A stretch of 64,000 nt of DNA from Bacteroidota bacterium (lineage in GTDB: Bacteria > Bacteroidota > Bacteroidia > Bacteroidales > JAAUTT01), in assembly GCA_023429135.1 (NCBI GenBank), contig JAEYWD010000057.1, positions 81,261 through 145,260 of the forward strand, in the 5' to 3' direction. Under the pieces are notes generated by a model. It was not told the DNA's origin. It searched no databases and worked only from the letters and a program-made list of their open reading frames with translations. Each line of letters begins with the position of its first letter. The stretch's first letter is position 1. The position numbers and the translations under genes were made by a program. Of this stretch, positions 36,569 to 47,200 are shown piece by piece.

Positions 36569-37543
36569 TTAATCAAAGGTTTGACCATTATTCGAAGATA
36601 TTTCAATAATCTGGTCGAATTCCTCTGGACTAAGATCATTAAAGTAGAAGTTTACAGGATTAACAGCTTTCCCGTCTTTTCTTACTTCGTAGTGCAAATG
36701 TGGAGCTGTTGACAAACCTGTGCTACCAACATATCCTATAATATCTCCTCTTTTCACATGTTGTCCAAATTTAACTTTAATGCGATCCATGTGGGCGTAC
36801 AAAGTTATGTATCCAAACCCATGATCAATCATGGCCATGTTTCCATAACCCCGGTGTACGTTTGTTTCAATTTCGGAGATAACTCCATCGGCGGTTGCAT
36901 ATATTTCAGTTCCGGTTGGAGCAGTAAAGTCCATTCCTTCATGAAATTTTCTGATTTTATAAATCGGGTGAATTCTCCAGCCATATCCCGAAGCTGTGCG
37001 CGACAGGTCCTTGTTCGAAATGGGCTGAATGGCAGGCAATGCTGATAACATCTGCTCCCTGTCCAACGCCTTTGCAATTACTTCGTCGAACGATTTCGTC
37101 TGCACATACAATTGTTTGGAAATTTTATCAAGCCTTTGCGCTGTGTTTATTATCAGATCAGAATTGCTAATTTTTTCAATTTCCTCGTAGCGGTTAACAC
37201 CACCAAAACCTGCCTGACGGACAGATTTAGGAATTGGATCGGACTCAAAAATTGTTCTATAGATATTGTCATCACGACGTTCTACATCGGCCAGAACTTC
37301 CTCAATCTGGTTAAGCCTTTTCTGCATTATCTCAAATTGCAAATTCTTGGCATCCAACTCTCTACGAAGCGACTTTTCTTTGGGAGAATCAAAAAAATGC
37401 TGGAATATCAAAAGATATATAATGAAAATAACTATACTTGCCGTGAAAAACGTAAATGCTTTCAGTAACCAGAACCGGAAACTTGTTCTAACTTTGTCGA
37501 AACTAAGAGACTCGGGGTTGAAGCGATACTTTACTCTTGGCAT
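36569..37543 (-). CDS. M23 family metallopeptidase (membrane-anchored)
   Basis: 324-aa ORF with an N-terminal TM, a coiled coil, and then the HEGMDF...GSTGLSTAPHLHYEV zinc-ligand motifs. Confidence 0.85.
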   Translation of the reverse strand: MPRVKYRFNPESLSFDKVRTSFRFWLLKAFTFFTASIVIFIIYLLIFQHFFDSPKEKSLRRELDAKNLQFEIMQKRLNQIEEVLADVERRDDNIYRTIFESDPIPKSVRQAGFGGVNRYEEIEKISNSDLIINTAQRLDKISKQLYVQTKSFDEVIAKALDREQMLSALPAIQPISNKDLSRTASGYGWRIHPIYKIRKFHEGMDFTAPTGTEIYATADGVISEIETNVHRGYGNMAMIDHGFGYITLYAHMDRIKVKFGQHVKRGDIIGYVGSTGLSTAPHLHYEVRKDGKAVNPVNFYFNDLSPEEFDQIIEISSNNGQTFD

Positions 37544-37687
37544 GACTTGCAGTGTTATTGAAGTAATTGATTTTCATTGGTGAGCAAAACTAATGGAATT
37601 TCTTAATTTCGCAAAACATTTGACGAATCTTTTACTTCTGTGGGTGAATATTAAAAATTTAATTATTAAAATAATACAAACGTTAAC

Positions 37688-40306
37688 ATGAATTCTAAAG
37701 AAATACGTGATTCTTTTGTGGACTTCTTCTACGGGAAACAGCATAAAATTGTTTCATCGGCACCCATGGTTGTGAAGGACGATCCTACACTTATGTTTAC
37801 AAATGCTGGTATGAACCAGTTCAAAGATATATTTTTAGGCAATAAACCAGCTACTTACACACGTATTGCAAACAGTCAGAAATGTCTTCGCGTTTCGGGA
37901 AAACAAAACGACCTGGAAGAGGTAGGACACGATACTTATCATCATACCATGTTCGAAATGCTTGGAAACTGGTCGTTCGGCGATTATTTCAAAGAAGATG
38001 CCATTGCCTGGGCATGGGAGTACTTAACAGAAGTACTGAAAATTAACAAGGAAGATCTTTATGTAACTGTTTTTGAAGGAAGTAAAGACGACAAACTTGA
38101 AGCCGATAGCGAAGCTTTGGAAATATGGAAAAAACACATTCTTGCTGAAAGAATACTTTTTGGCTCTAAAAAGGACAACTTCTGGGAAATGGGCGACACC
38201 GGTCCTTGCGGCCCCTGCTCCGAAATTCATATTGATGCCCGTCCTGAAAATGAGAAAAAACTTAAACCCGGGAAGGAACTTGTAAATGCAAGTCACCCGA
38301 TGGTAATCGAAATATGGAACCTTGTATTTATGCAGTTTAACCGTAAAGCCAATGGAGAACTTGAATCACTCCCTGCCAAACATATTGATACAGGAATGGG
38401 TTTTGAACGTCTTTGCCGTGTTATTCAGAATAAGAATTCGAATTACGATATCGATCTATTCCAATCCATCATCCGCGATATTGAAGATATTTGCGGTAAA
38501 AAATATGGTCAACAGGAAGAATGGGATATCGCAATCCGGGTATTAGCTGACCACATCAGGGCTATATCTTTTGCCATTGCCGACGGTCAGATTCCTTCAA
38601 ACAACAAGGCCGGATATGTAATTCGTCGGTTACTTCGCAGAGCGGTTCGTTACGGATATACTTTTCTAGGACTTACAGATCCGTTTCTTTTCAAAATAGT
38701 TACTTCGCTTGGTAAGGCTATGGGCGAAGCTTACCCTGAGCTTATATCGCAACAGCAGTTAATTCAGAAAGTTATAAGGGAAGAAGAAATTTCGTTCTTG
38801 CGCACGCTAGAATCAGGAATGCGCCTGATAGATCAAAACATAAGCAAATGTAAAGCTTCGGGAATAACCGAACTCAGCGGTAAAGATGCATTTCTGCTTT
38901 ACGACACTTATGGATTCCCGCTCGATTTAACTGAGCTTATTCTTCGCGAAAACAATATGACACTGGATAAAGCAGGTTTTGATGCTGAAATGGAAAATCA
39001 GAAAAACAGATCGAGAAGTGCTGCCAATGTTGAAGCCGGCGACTGGGTTCAGGTGAATGAAGGTCCTGAAAGCAAATTTCTGGGCTATGACACAACCACA
39101 AGCGAAGGAATTAAGATAATGCGTTTCCGCAAGGTTTCAACCAAAGGAAAAGATCAGTTCCACCTTGTTTTTAACCAGACTCCTTTTTATGCCGAAAGCG
39201 GCGGTCAGGTTGGCGATACCGGATATATAGCCACAATTAACGAACGCATTGCTATTGCAGATACGAGGAAAGAAAACAATTTACATATTCATATATCGGA
39301 TCAGTTGCCCGAAAACCTGAACAGCAGCTTTACAGCAGTTGTAGATACCAAAAAACGTTTCAGCACCCAATATAATCACTCGGCAACACACCTGTTGCAC
39401 AAAGCTCTGAGAGAAGTGCTTGGCACACACGTGGAACAGAAAGGCTCTCTTGTTCATCCCGATTACCTGCGTTTCGACTTCAGTCATTTTCAAAAAATGA
39501 GTCAGGAAGAAATTACTCGGATTGAACAACTTGTAAATGAGCAAATAAGAAATAATTTTGATCTGGAAGAACGACGCGATTGTCCGTTCGATGAAGCCAA
39601 AAAGCTTGGTGCGATGGCTTTATTCGGAGAGAAATACGGAGATACTGTTCGGGTAATTAAATTTGGCGATTCGATAGAACTTTGCGGTGGAACCCACACG
39701 AAAGCTACCGGCAATATCGGCTTCTTCAAAATTGTAAGCGAAGGAGCAATAGCCGCTGGTATTCGACGCATTGAGGCTATTACAGGAGAAAAAGCACTTG
39801 AATTTGTTCAGGAGCAAACTACGTTGTTAAAACAACTGAACGAAACTCTTAAGAATCCGAAGAATTTAATGACGGGCGTTGAAAACCTCCTGAAAGAGAA
39901 CACTCAACTTCAGAAACAGATAGAGTCGTTACTTGCCGAAAAGAATGCCGAAATTGCCAAATCGTTGATAACAAAAGCCGAACAAAAAGGGAAAACAACT
40001 TTTATAGCAGCTAAGGTAGAAATAGGTAATGCTCAGATGCTTAAAGATCTTTCGTTTATTGTAAAAGCCGAATTCAACAACCTGTTTATGGTTTTGGGTG
40101 CCCGGATCGATGGCAAAGCGCACCTTGCAGTTACCATTTCGGAAGAATTGGTAAAAGAGGCAGGTTTGAATGCTGGAAACATAATCAGAGAAATAGCTAA
40201 AGAAATAGAAGGCAGTGGAGGAGGTCAGCCATTTTTCGCAACAGCGGGCGGAAAAAACCCCGACGGTTTGGAAAAAGCTCTTGAGAAAGCAAAAATCTTT
40301 GTTTAA
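37688..40306 (+). CDS. alaS: Alanine--tRNA ligase
   Basis: 872-aa ORF with class II motifs ([28 protein letters not shown]), an editing-domain HxxxH...CGGTH block and a DHHA1 C-terminus. Confidence 0.97.
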   Translation: MNSKEIRDSFVDFFYGKQHKIVSSAPMVVKDDPTLMFTNAGMNQFKDIFLGNKPATYTRIANSQKCLRVSGKQNDLEEVGHDTYHHTMFEMLGNWSFGDYFKEDAIAWAWEYLTEVLKINKEDLYVTVFEGSKDDKLEADSEALEIWKKHILAERILFGSKKDNFWEMGDTGPCGPCSEIHIDARPENEKKLKPGKELVNASHPMVIEIWNLVFMQFNRKANGELESLPAKHIDTGMGFERLCRVIQNKNSNYDIDLFQSIIRDIEDICGKKYGQQEEWDIAIRVLADHIRAISFAIADGQIPSNNKAGYVIRRLLRRAVRYGYTFLGLTDPFLFKIVTSLGKAMGEAYPELISQQQLIQKVIREEEISFLRTLESGMRLIDQNISKCKASGITELSGKDAFLLYDTYGFPLDLTELILRENNMTLDKAGFDAEMENQKNRSRSAANVEAGDWVQVNEGPESKFLGYDTTTSEGIKIMRFRKVSTKGKDQFHLVFNQTPFYAESGGQVGDTGYIATINERIAIADTRKENNLHIHISDQLPENLNSSFTAVVDTKKRFSTQYNHSATHLLHKALREVLGTHVEQKGSLVHPDYLRFDFSHFQKMSQEEITRIEQLVNEQIRNNFDLEERRDCPFDEAKKLGAMALFGEKYGDTVRVIKFGDSIELCGGTHTKATGNIGFFKIVSEGAIAAGIRRIEAITGEKALEFVQEQTTLLKQLNETLKNPKNLMTGVENLLKENTQLQKQIESLLAEKNAEIAKSLITKAEQKGKTTFIAAKVEIGNAQMLKDLSFIVKAEFNNLFMVLGARIDGKAHLAVTISEELVKEAGLNAGNIIREIAKEIEGSGGGQPFFATAGGKNPDGLEKALEKAKIFV

Positions 40307-40359
40307 AAGAAACAAAAACCGCAAAACTTCCTTTATACTATACATTTACTACTATCAGC

Positions 40360-42153
40360 ATGGTGCAAAGAACTTTTGACATTCTTGAGCATATTAGCCG
40401 CAGCTATGGAGCAAACCATAATGTACTTGCTGCTAAAAATGAAGGGATATGGGTACATACCAATATTTCACAATACATTGAAAACTCGAAAGCGATAAGT
40501 TGTGGACTGCTCGAAATGGGACTTACAAAAGGAGATAAAATTGCTGTTATCTCCAACAACCGTCCCGAATGGAACTTTCTGGATATGGGCATGTCGGCAA
40601 TCGGAGTGGTACATGTTCCCATATACACGACCATCAGCTCGGACGACTTTACATATATTTTGCATCATGCCGAGCCAAAGCTGGTTTTTGTTTCGGATAA
40701 AGTAATATATGAGAAAATTAAGAACATAACCGATAAGCTCGATGTAGTAAAAGGAGTTTACAGTTTCAACCGAATCAAAGGTGTAAAACACTGGCAGGAA
40801 ATTGTTGAACTTGGTAAGGAAACTGCCGACAAACATCATGACACTTTAATGTCAATTAAGGTTTGTGTAATGCCTCAGGATCTTTCAACACTAATTTACA
40901 CCTCTGGTACCACAGGAACCCCCAAAGGTGTGATGTTGTCGCACAGCAACCTGGTTTCAAACTTTCTGCAACAAGTTAACAATCACTCTTTGAGTCAAGG
41001 ATGCCGCACCCTTAGTTTTCTGCCATTAAGCCATATCTACGAACGTTCCATGAATTACCACTTTCAATTTAAAGGGCTCTGTATTTATTATGCGGAGAAC
41101 ATGGGAACAATTATGGATAATATCAAGGAAGTAAAGCCTCACATTTTCACATCGGTACCCCGGCTGCTCGAAAGAGTTTATGGCGGAATTATCGGAAAAG
41201 GAAAAGATCTGCCCTTCATAAAAAAGAATATATTTTTCTGGGCAGTAAACTTAGGGAACAACTTCAAAAGAAATAATGAAAACGGATGGTTTTACAACCT
41301 TCAGTTAAAACTTGCCAATAAACTGGTTTTTAAGAAATGGAGAGCTGCATTGGGAGGAAGCCTGAAAATTGTGGTCTCAGGAGGCGCGGCTTTACAACCC
41401 CGTATCAGCAGAATATTCGGAGCGGCGGGAATCGATATCCTGGAAGGATACGGACTTACAGAAACTTCGCCCGTAATTGCAGTTAGCAACCATGTTACCA
41501 ACGAAATATTGTATGGTACAGTAGGGTCGGTTTTGCCAGGAGTACAACTCAAATTTGCCGAAGATGGTGAAATTTTGTGCAAAGGTCCCAATGTAATGAT
41601 GGGTTATTACAAAGAACCCGATTTAACCCGTGAAGTAATCGACTCCGAAGGATGGTTTCACACGGGAGATATTGGTGTTCTGGTTGAAAACAAATACCTG
41701 AAAATTACCGACCGCAAAAAAGAAATGTTCAAACTATCGAGTGGAAAGTATGTTGCTCCTCAGGTTATTGAAAACAAATTAAAAGAGTCGTTCTTTATTG
41801 AACAGGTGATGGTAGTTGGCGAAAACGAGAAATTCGCCAGCGCAGTTATCTCTCCCAACTTTACATTTTTACATAACTGGTGTTCCATTCACCGGATACA
41901 ATTTCAGGATAATAAAGACCTGATTCAGATACCCGAAGTTATTGAGCGTTTTCAAAAAGAAGTAACATTTATAAATAAATCGCTGGGGTTGACTGAGCAA
42001 ATTAAACGCTTTAGGCTTGTAAGCGAAGAGTGGACCCAGCAAACCGGCGAGTTATCTCCTACCCTCAAACTTAAACGAAAATACATCGCCGATAAATACC
42101 GGGATGTAATTGAAGATATTTTTAAGAAGAATGGCGACGACAGCGCCGAATAA
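40360..42153 (+). CDS. Long-chain fatty acid--CoA ligase (AMP-forming)
   Basis: 597-aa ORF with the AMP-binding signature YTSGTTGTPKGV, and GYGLTE, GWFHTGD and DRKKEMFK motifs. Confidence 0.85.
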   Translation: MVQRTFDILEHISRSYGANHNVLAAKNEGIWVHTNISQYIENSKAISCGLLEMGLTKGDKIAVISNNRPEWNFLDMGMSAIGVVHVPIYTTISSDDFTYILHHAEPKLVFVSDKVIYEKIKNITDKLDVVKGVYSFNRIKGVKHWQEIVELGKETADKHHDTLMSIKVCVMPQDLSTLIYTSGTTGTPKGVMLSHSNLVSNFLQQVNNHSLSQGCRTLSFLPLSHIYERSMNYHFQFKGLCIYYAENMGTIMDNIKEVKPHIFTSVPRLLERVYGGIIGKGKDLPFIKKNIFFWAVNLGNNFKRNNENGWFYNLQLKLANKLVFKKWRAALGGSLKIVVSGGAALQPRISRIFGAAGIDILEGYGLTETSPVIAVSNHVTNEILYGTVGSVLPGVQLKFAEDGEILCKGPNVMMGYYKEPDLTREVIDSEGWFHTGDIGVLVENKYLKITDRKKEMFKLSSGKYVAPQVIENKLKESFFIEQVMVVGENEKFASAVISPNFTFLHNWCSIHRIQFQDNKDLIQIPEVIERFQKEVTFINKSLGLTEQIKRFRLVSEEWTQQTGELSPTLKLKRKYIADKYRDVIEDIFKKNGDDSAE

Positions 42154-42159
42154 AAGTAA

Positions 42160-42190
42160 AACGTCCCGGCAATAATTTCACCGGGACGTT
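42160..42190. terminator. Bidirectional intrinsic terminator
   Basis: AACGTCCCGG-CAATAATTTCA-CCGGGACGTT forms a perfect 10-bp stem between convergent genes. Confidence 0.6.
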
Positions 42191-42215
42191 GATTTTATAT
42201 TGTAGAACTACCTCC

Positions 42216-43154
42216 TTATTTAAGTTCCACTACAGCGTATTTGGAGATTTTCCAGAATTCCTTGGGGTTTTCAATTTCCAGATAAGCTATTTCGCCGTTT
42301 TCTTCTACCAGACTGTATGAATTTTGTGGATGCTCGGTTATTAATTCAACCTTTTTAGCATGGATTGGGATGGTTTTCACCTCGTTGATGTTGATCTGGG
42401 TAAAATATTTGTTATCCAGATTTTCCTGAAGCGATTTTTTCTTGATTAATCCACCTTCTTTTACAACAAGACCTTTTTCCTTTAGATCTTTATAGGTGCC
42501 ATAGACGAAGAAAGCCTTATTGATTTCGTTTTCCTGATCCTGGATCATTTGCTGCGATTTCACCTGAACAACCTGCATACTGTCGAGATTTTTATTCATC
42601 TCAGCCATTCTGAAATCTTTTTCTTCAAGAAACTTCTTAAGGTCGTTAATATCAGCATCGCGCGCTTCAAGCATAATCGACAACGATTGTATCTTTTCTT
42701 CCAAACCAGCTATTTGCAATCCTGAATCTTTGAGCTTCTTACTTAAAGAGGCAATACGGGTCTTACTTTCGTCAAGAAGAGAATTCATCATCTGTATGTC
42801 CTTCAAAATAGCTTTTCTCTTATCTTTTCGAAACTCCGGATCGTTCGATTGGATTGAAATAATGTTTCTTTTTTGCTTGATTACATTTAAATCGTTTTCG
42901 ATCTGGTCGAAAGTAGCCATTAAATCGGTTGTAAGCGAATCGCGCTCAGCAAGATTGGTATTTAACCGTTGATTTTCTGAAGTTAAATTGGTATTCACTT
43001 CTTTCTGCCGTTTGTAATTTTTATTTACCGAAATTATTTCGATAACTGCAACAATTACAAGAATACCGAGGATGATAGACAAGATCATTCCAGTTCTTCC
43101 TGATTTTCTGGTTGGTCTATCGTTCGACGGGCTATAAGTATTATTCTGATCCAT
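42216..43154 (-). CDS. Membrane-anchored coiled-coil protein of unknown function
   Basis: 312-aa ORF with one N-terminal TM (MILSIILGILVIVAVIEIISV), about 170 aa of heptad-like coiled coil and a conserved C-terminal globular part. It is a paralogue of the partial gene at 63420. Confidence 0.5.
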   Translation of the reverse strand: MDQNNTYSPSNDRPTRKSGRTGMILSIILGILVIVAVIEIISVNKNYKRQKEVNTNLTSENQRLNTNLAERDSLTTDLMATFDQIENDLNVIKQKRNIISIQSNDPEFRKDKRKAILKDIQMMNSLLDESKTRIASLSKKLKDSGLQIAGLEEKIQSLSIMLEARDADINDLKKFLEEKDFRMAEMNKNLDSMQVVQVKSQQMIQDQENEINKAFFVYGTYKDLKEKGLVVKEGGLIKKKSLQENLDNKYFTQININEVKTIPIHAKKVELITEHPQNSYSLVEENGEIAYLEIENPKEFWKISKYAVVELK

Positions 43155-43271
43155 AACAATATTTTTTTAGGTTATGAACATTATAAGCCAATACTCGTGC
43201 CAAAAAGCCAATAAGTTAATTATCAGAATATTAATTTAACAGAGCCAATTTCCTAAAAATCATTTTGAAAT

Positions 43272-44117
43272 TTAATTCTCATTTTGAGAAACCAGTTGAA
43301 TGCCATCTTCTTCAAGTTTAATAAGGCGTGCTTTATAGAGAGCCCCCACAGCCATCTTAAAAGCCTTCTTACTGATTCCTAATTTCATATGTATATATTC
43401 GGGATTTGTTTTATCAGTTAATCTCAAAAAACCGCCATTCTCTTCCAGTTTTTTCAGGAGTAACGCACTCACTCCTTCAATTCTTTGGTATCCTGGCTTT
43501 TGAATGGAAAGATCGATTTTATCATCCTCACGGACTTTTTTTATGTATCCTTTGATGCGCAGTCCTTTTGCCAATGGGTGAAAAACCTCGTTGCTGTAAA
43601 TCATTCCCCAGTGCATGTGGTTAATCACGGCATTGTACCCAATATCAGTCTGATGTGCAATAATCAGATCCACCTCTTCTCCTTCTATATAAGGAGGAGG
43701 AACGTTATCCAGAAACTTATCCAACTTGGCCGAGGCAACAATTCTTTTCGAATCGCTATCGAGGTAAACAAACACCAGGTAATATTTGCCTACTTCCATT
43801 GTTTTTTGCTGTTCGCGAAAAGGAACCAGTAAATCTTTCATAAGCCCCCAATCCAGAAATGCCCCGATTGTGTTCACCGAAACCACTTTCAGGTAAGCAA
43901 CCTCGTCTACCTGAGCAAATGGTTTAATTGTGGTTGCAATTATCCTATCTTCCGAATCCAGATAAATAAAAACATCAATAAAACTCTCCACCTCCGCATT
44001 TTCGGGAACATATCGCAACGGTAAAAGAATTTCGCCATGCTCTTCTCCATCAAGGTACAATCCAAAATCGACCCTTTTAACTACCTTCAGTTTATTGTAT
44101 TTACCTATAGCAACCAT
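43272..44117 (-). CDS. S1-like RNA-binding domain protein (CvfB/YitL-like)
   Basis: 281-aa ORF with repeated S1/OB-like units (G.Y..L.V......G.FLD.G...LLP) and a C-terminal winged-helix-like end. Confidence 0.75.
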   Translation of the reverse strand: MVAIGKYNKLKVVKRVDFGLYLDGEEHGEILLPLRYVPENAEVESFIDVFIYLDSEDRIIATTIKPFAQVDEVAYLKVVSVNTIGAFLDWGLMKDLLVPFREQQKTMEVGKYYLVFVYLDSDSKRIVASAKLDKFLDNVPPPYIEGEEVDLIIAHQTDIGYNAVINHMHWGMIYSNEVFHPLAKGLRIKGYIKKVREDDKIDLSIQKPGYQRIEGVSALLLKKLEENGGFLRLTDKTNPEYIHMKLGISKKAFKMAVGALYKARLIKLEEDGIQLVSQNEN

Positions 44118-44276
44118 TCGGAAATATTTATTTTGGACAAAGGTACCATTTAATAAGATAGATTTTTAAACCAAAGAAGTATTGCTACAAAAATGCTGAC
44201 AATATAATTATTTTAACAACAAAGCTTTTGTTTGTACGTTTCCTTTAATGCTTACTCTATTTCAAAATAACATCTT

Positions 44277-47200
44277 ATGGCAAAGGAATTGGTAAAGAAA
44301 CGACTAAAGCTCGTTTCGTTAGTGGTGATAATTTCTCTGATTGAAATTACTGCGGAAAATAATTTGCTCTCAGGTTCATCCCCTAACCGGGAGGGTATAG
44401 AAAAGACTGAACTTTTATATAAAGCCGGAAATGGGAAGGTTAAAGTTACCGATTCTGTTGAAGTAACTGATGAAGATGATATAAACCTGGAATCAGCAAA
44501 GATTCAAATTACAGAAGGCTACCGGAATGATGAAGATGAATTGTCATTCACCTCTATAAATGGCATAACAGGGCAGTGGGATAAAACATCGGGAACGTTA
44601 ACCCTCTCTGGTAATGCTACAATAGAAAATTACCAGGCCGCATTAAGGGATATCAGATTTGAAAACCCAAAGACCAAACCAACTTCAGGGTTAAGAACCG
44701 TAGTATTTATAGTTAACGACGGTACCGATGATTCAAATATTGTTTCCAGAAAAATTAGCATTAAGGCAGAGAATATTGCACCCGTTCTTTCAGGAATTGA
44801 AACCAGTGATATAGAATATTCAGGAATAACAAATATCACCTCGAATATTGTTGTTAATGACGAAGATAATACAAACCTTCAATCGGCTGAGATAAAAATA
44901 ACAACCGGATATCAGAGTGGAGAAGACAAACTCTCGTTTACAGATGCGGCTGGAATAACAAACAGTTGGAACGCAGAAACCGGAACGCTCACAATAACCG
45001 GCGACGCAGCCTTAGCAAGTTATCAAACGGCATTAAGGAATGTAAAATACGAAAACACTGCCTCCACTCCGACCGCAGGAACCAGAACTATAACATTTAC
45101 CGTGTACGATGGAACTGCCAACTCCAATATTGCATCAAGAAAAGTAAAGATTAGCCCTGCAAATCAGCCACCGGTATTGGCAGCACTGGAGGCGACAACT
45201 TTAACATACACTGAAGGTGATGGGAAAAAAGCGATCACTACGGCAATTACCGTAACAGATCCAAACAATACTCATTTGCAGAGTGCAAGAGTTATAATTT
45301 CCAATGGCTACAATAAAAATGAAGACGAACTCTCTTTCACCAATGCAAATGGTATAACAGCGGACTGGAACAGTGAAAATGGCACCCTTACCCTTACCGG
45401 GAATGCTACAGTGGCTCAGTATCAGGAGGCTTTGCGGAACGTTCAATTCCAAAATAAAAATACGATAAACCCTTCCGCAGGAGCAAGAACTATATCATTT
45501 GTTGTAAATGATGGTTTAATCAATTCAAACATGCCCACAAGAAGTATAGATGTTGTTCCGGTAAACCAGCCACCCGTTTTAGCCTCATTAGAGAATACTG
45601 TTTTTAACTACAATGAGGGTGCCGGGAAAGTCGCCATAACCGGCACCTTAACTATAACTGATGGCGACAACCCCACTCTGCAGAGAGCCACAATCACCAT
45701 CTCGGCAGGTTATAAAAACGGTGAAGATGTACTTTCTTTCATCAATGCTAATGGCATCAGCGGAGCTTGGGACGCTGCAACCGGGACTCTCACCCTTACA
45801 GGAGATGTTACCCCGGTAAATTATCAGGCAGCTTTGAGAAGTATACAATTCGAAAACACCAATACAACCAATCCCACCGCTGGAGAAAGAACCATTTCGT
45901 TTGTGGTGAATGACGGTCAAACAAATTCAAACACTTTAACAAGAAAGATTAATGTCGCCCCGACCAATCAGGCGCCTGTTCTGGCAGCCATAGAGAGTTC
46001 ACCCATTACTTACAACGAAGGTGCCGGAAAAGTTGCCATTACCAGTGCCATTACCATTACCGATGCGGATAATGCAAATCTTAAATCGGCCACAATCACC
46101 ATTTCAGCAGGTTATAAAAATGGCGAAGATGTTCTCTCTTTTACTAATGCAAACGGTATTACCGGAGCCTGGGATGCTGTAAACGGGGCTCTCACCCTTA
46201 CAGGAGATGCTACCCCGGCAAATTATCAGGCAGCTTTGAGAAGTATACAATTCGAAAACACCAATGCATTACCTGCATTGGGAACAAGGACAATAGCATT
46301 TGAAATAAGTGATGGCGAGGCTAAATCGAACATTCTGAACAGAAATATTATAATCAGTTACACGAATAAACCTCCTGTTCTTTCAAATATCGAAAATTCA
46401 AATCTCGTTATAGTTTTCGATGGTGAAACGACAATCCTTAGCACAAGCTTAACTGTTACCGACCTGGATAACAGTACCCTTTCAGCGGCTACAGTGATGA
46501 TAACCGAAGGATACAAGCCAGATGAAGATATCCTGCTTTTTACAAGTGCCGATAACATAACAGCAAGTTGGAACGCAAGTACAGGCACTCTCACGTTAGC
46601 CGGGGTTTCAAGCATTTCGAATTATCAGAAAGCTTTGAGAAATATAAGGTACAGTAACCTGAATAATTCCCCTTCGATCTCAGAAAGAATTGTGGCTTTT
46701 ACAGTAAGCGACGGGGAAGCAAACAGTAACAATCTGCAAAGAGCTCTTAACTTCAATGCATTTCCGGTTGCATCAAACATTTCCATAGATGGAACCATGG
46801 CTGTTTGTAAAACACTCACCGGAAAATATGATTATTCCGATCCTGAAAATGATGTAGAGGACCATACTTTTTTTCAATGGTTCCGGGCTAATGCTCCTGA
46901 TGCAGAAAAAACAGAGATCCCCGGGGCAAATACGCTTACATATACACTTACACCCGAGGATGAGGGCAAATACATTTTTTTTGAAGTCACTCCTCAGGCA
47001 AAAACGGGATCCATTCAGGGAAACTCGTTTTACAGCAATGCGTCCATTAAGATTCCAAATACGCTGCCAACAGTGACATTTTCGGGCCCCACGGCCTTTT
47101 GCGAAGGAACCTCGACCGACCTCACTATTACATTCACCGGAACTCCTCCTTTCAAACTAATCTATACTGATGGAACCAATAATTACGATCTGACCTCCTC

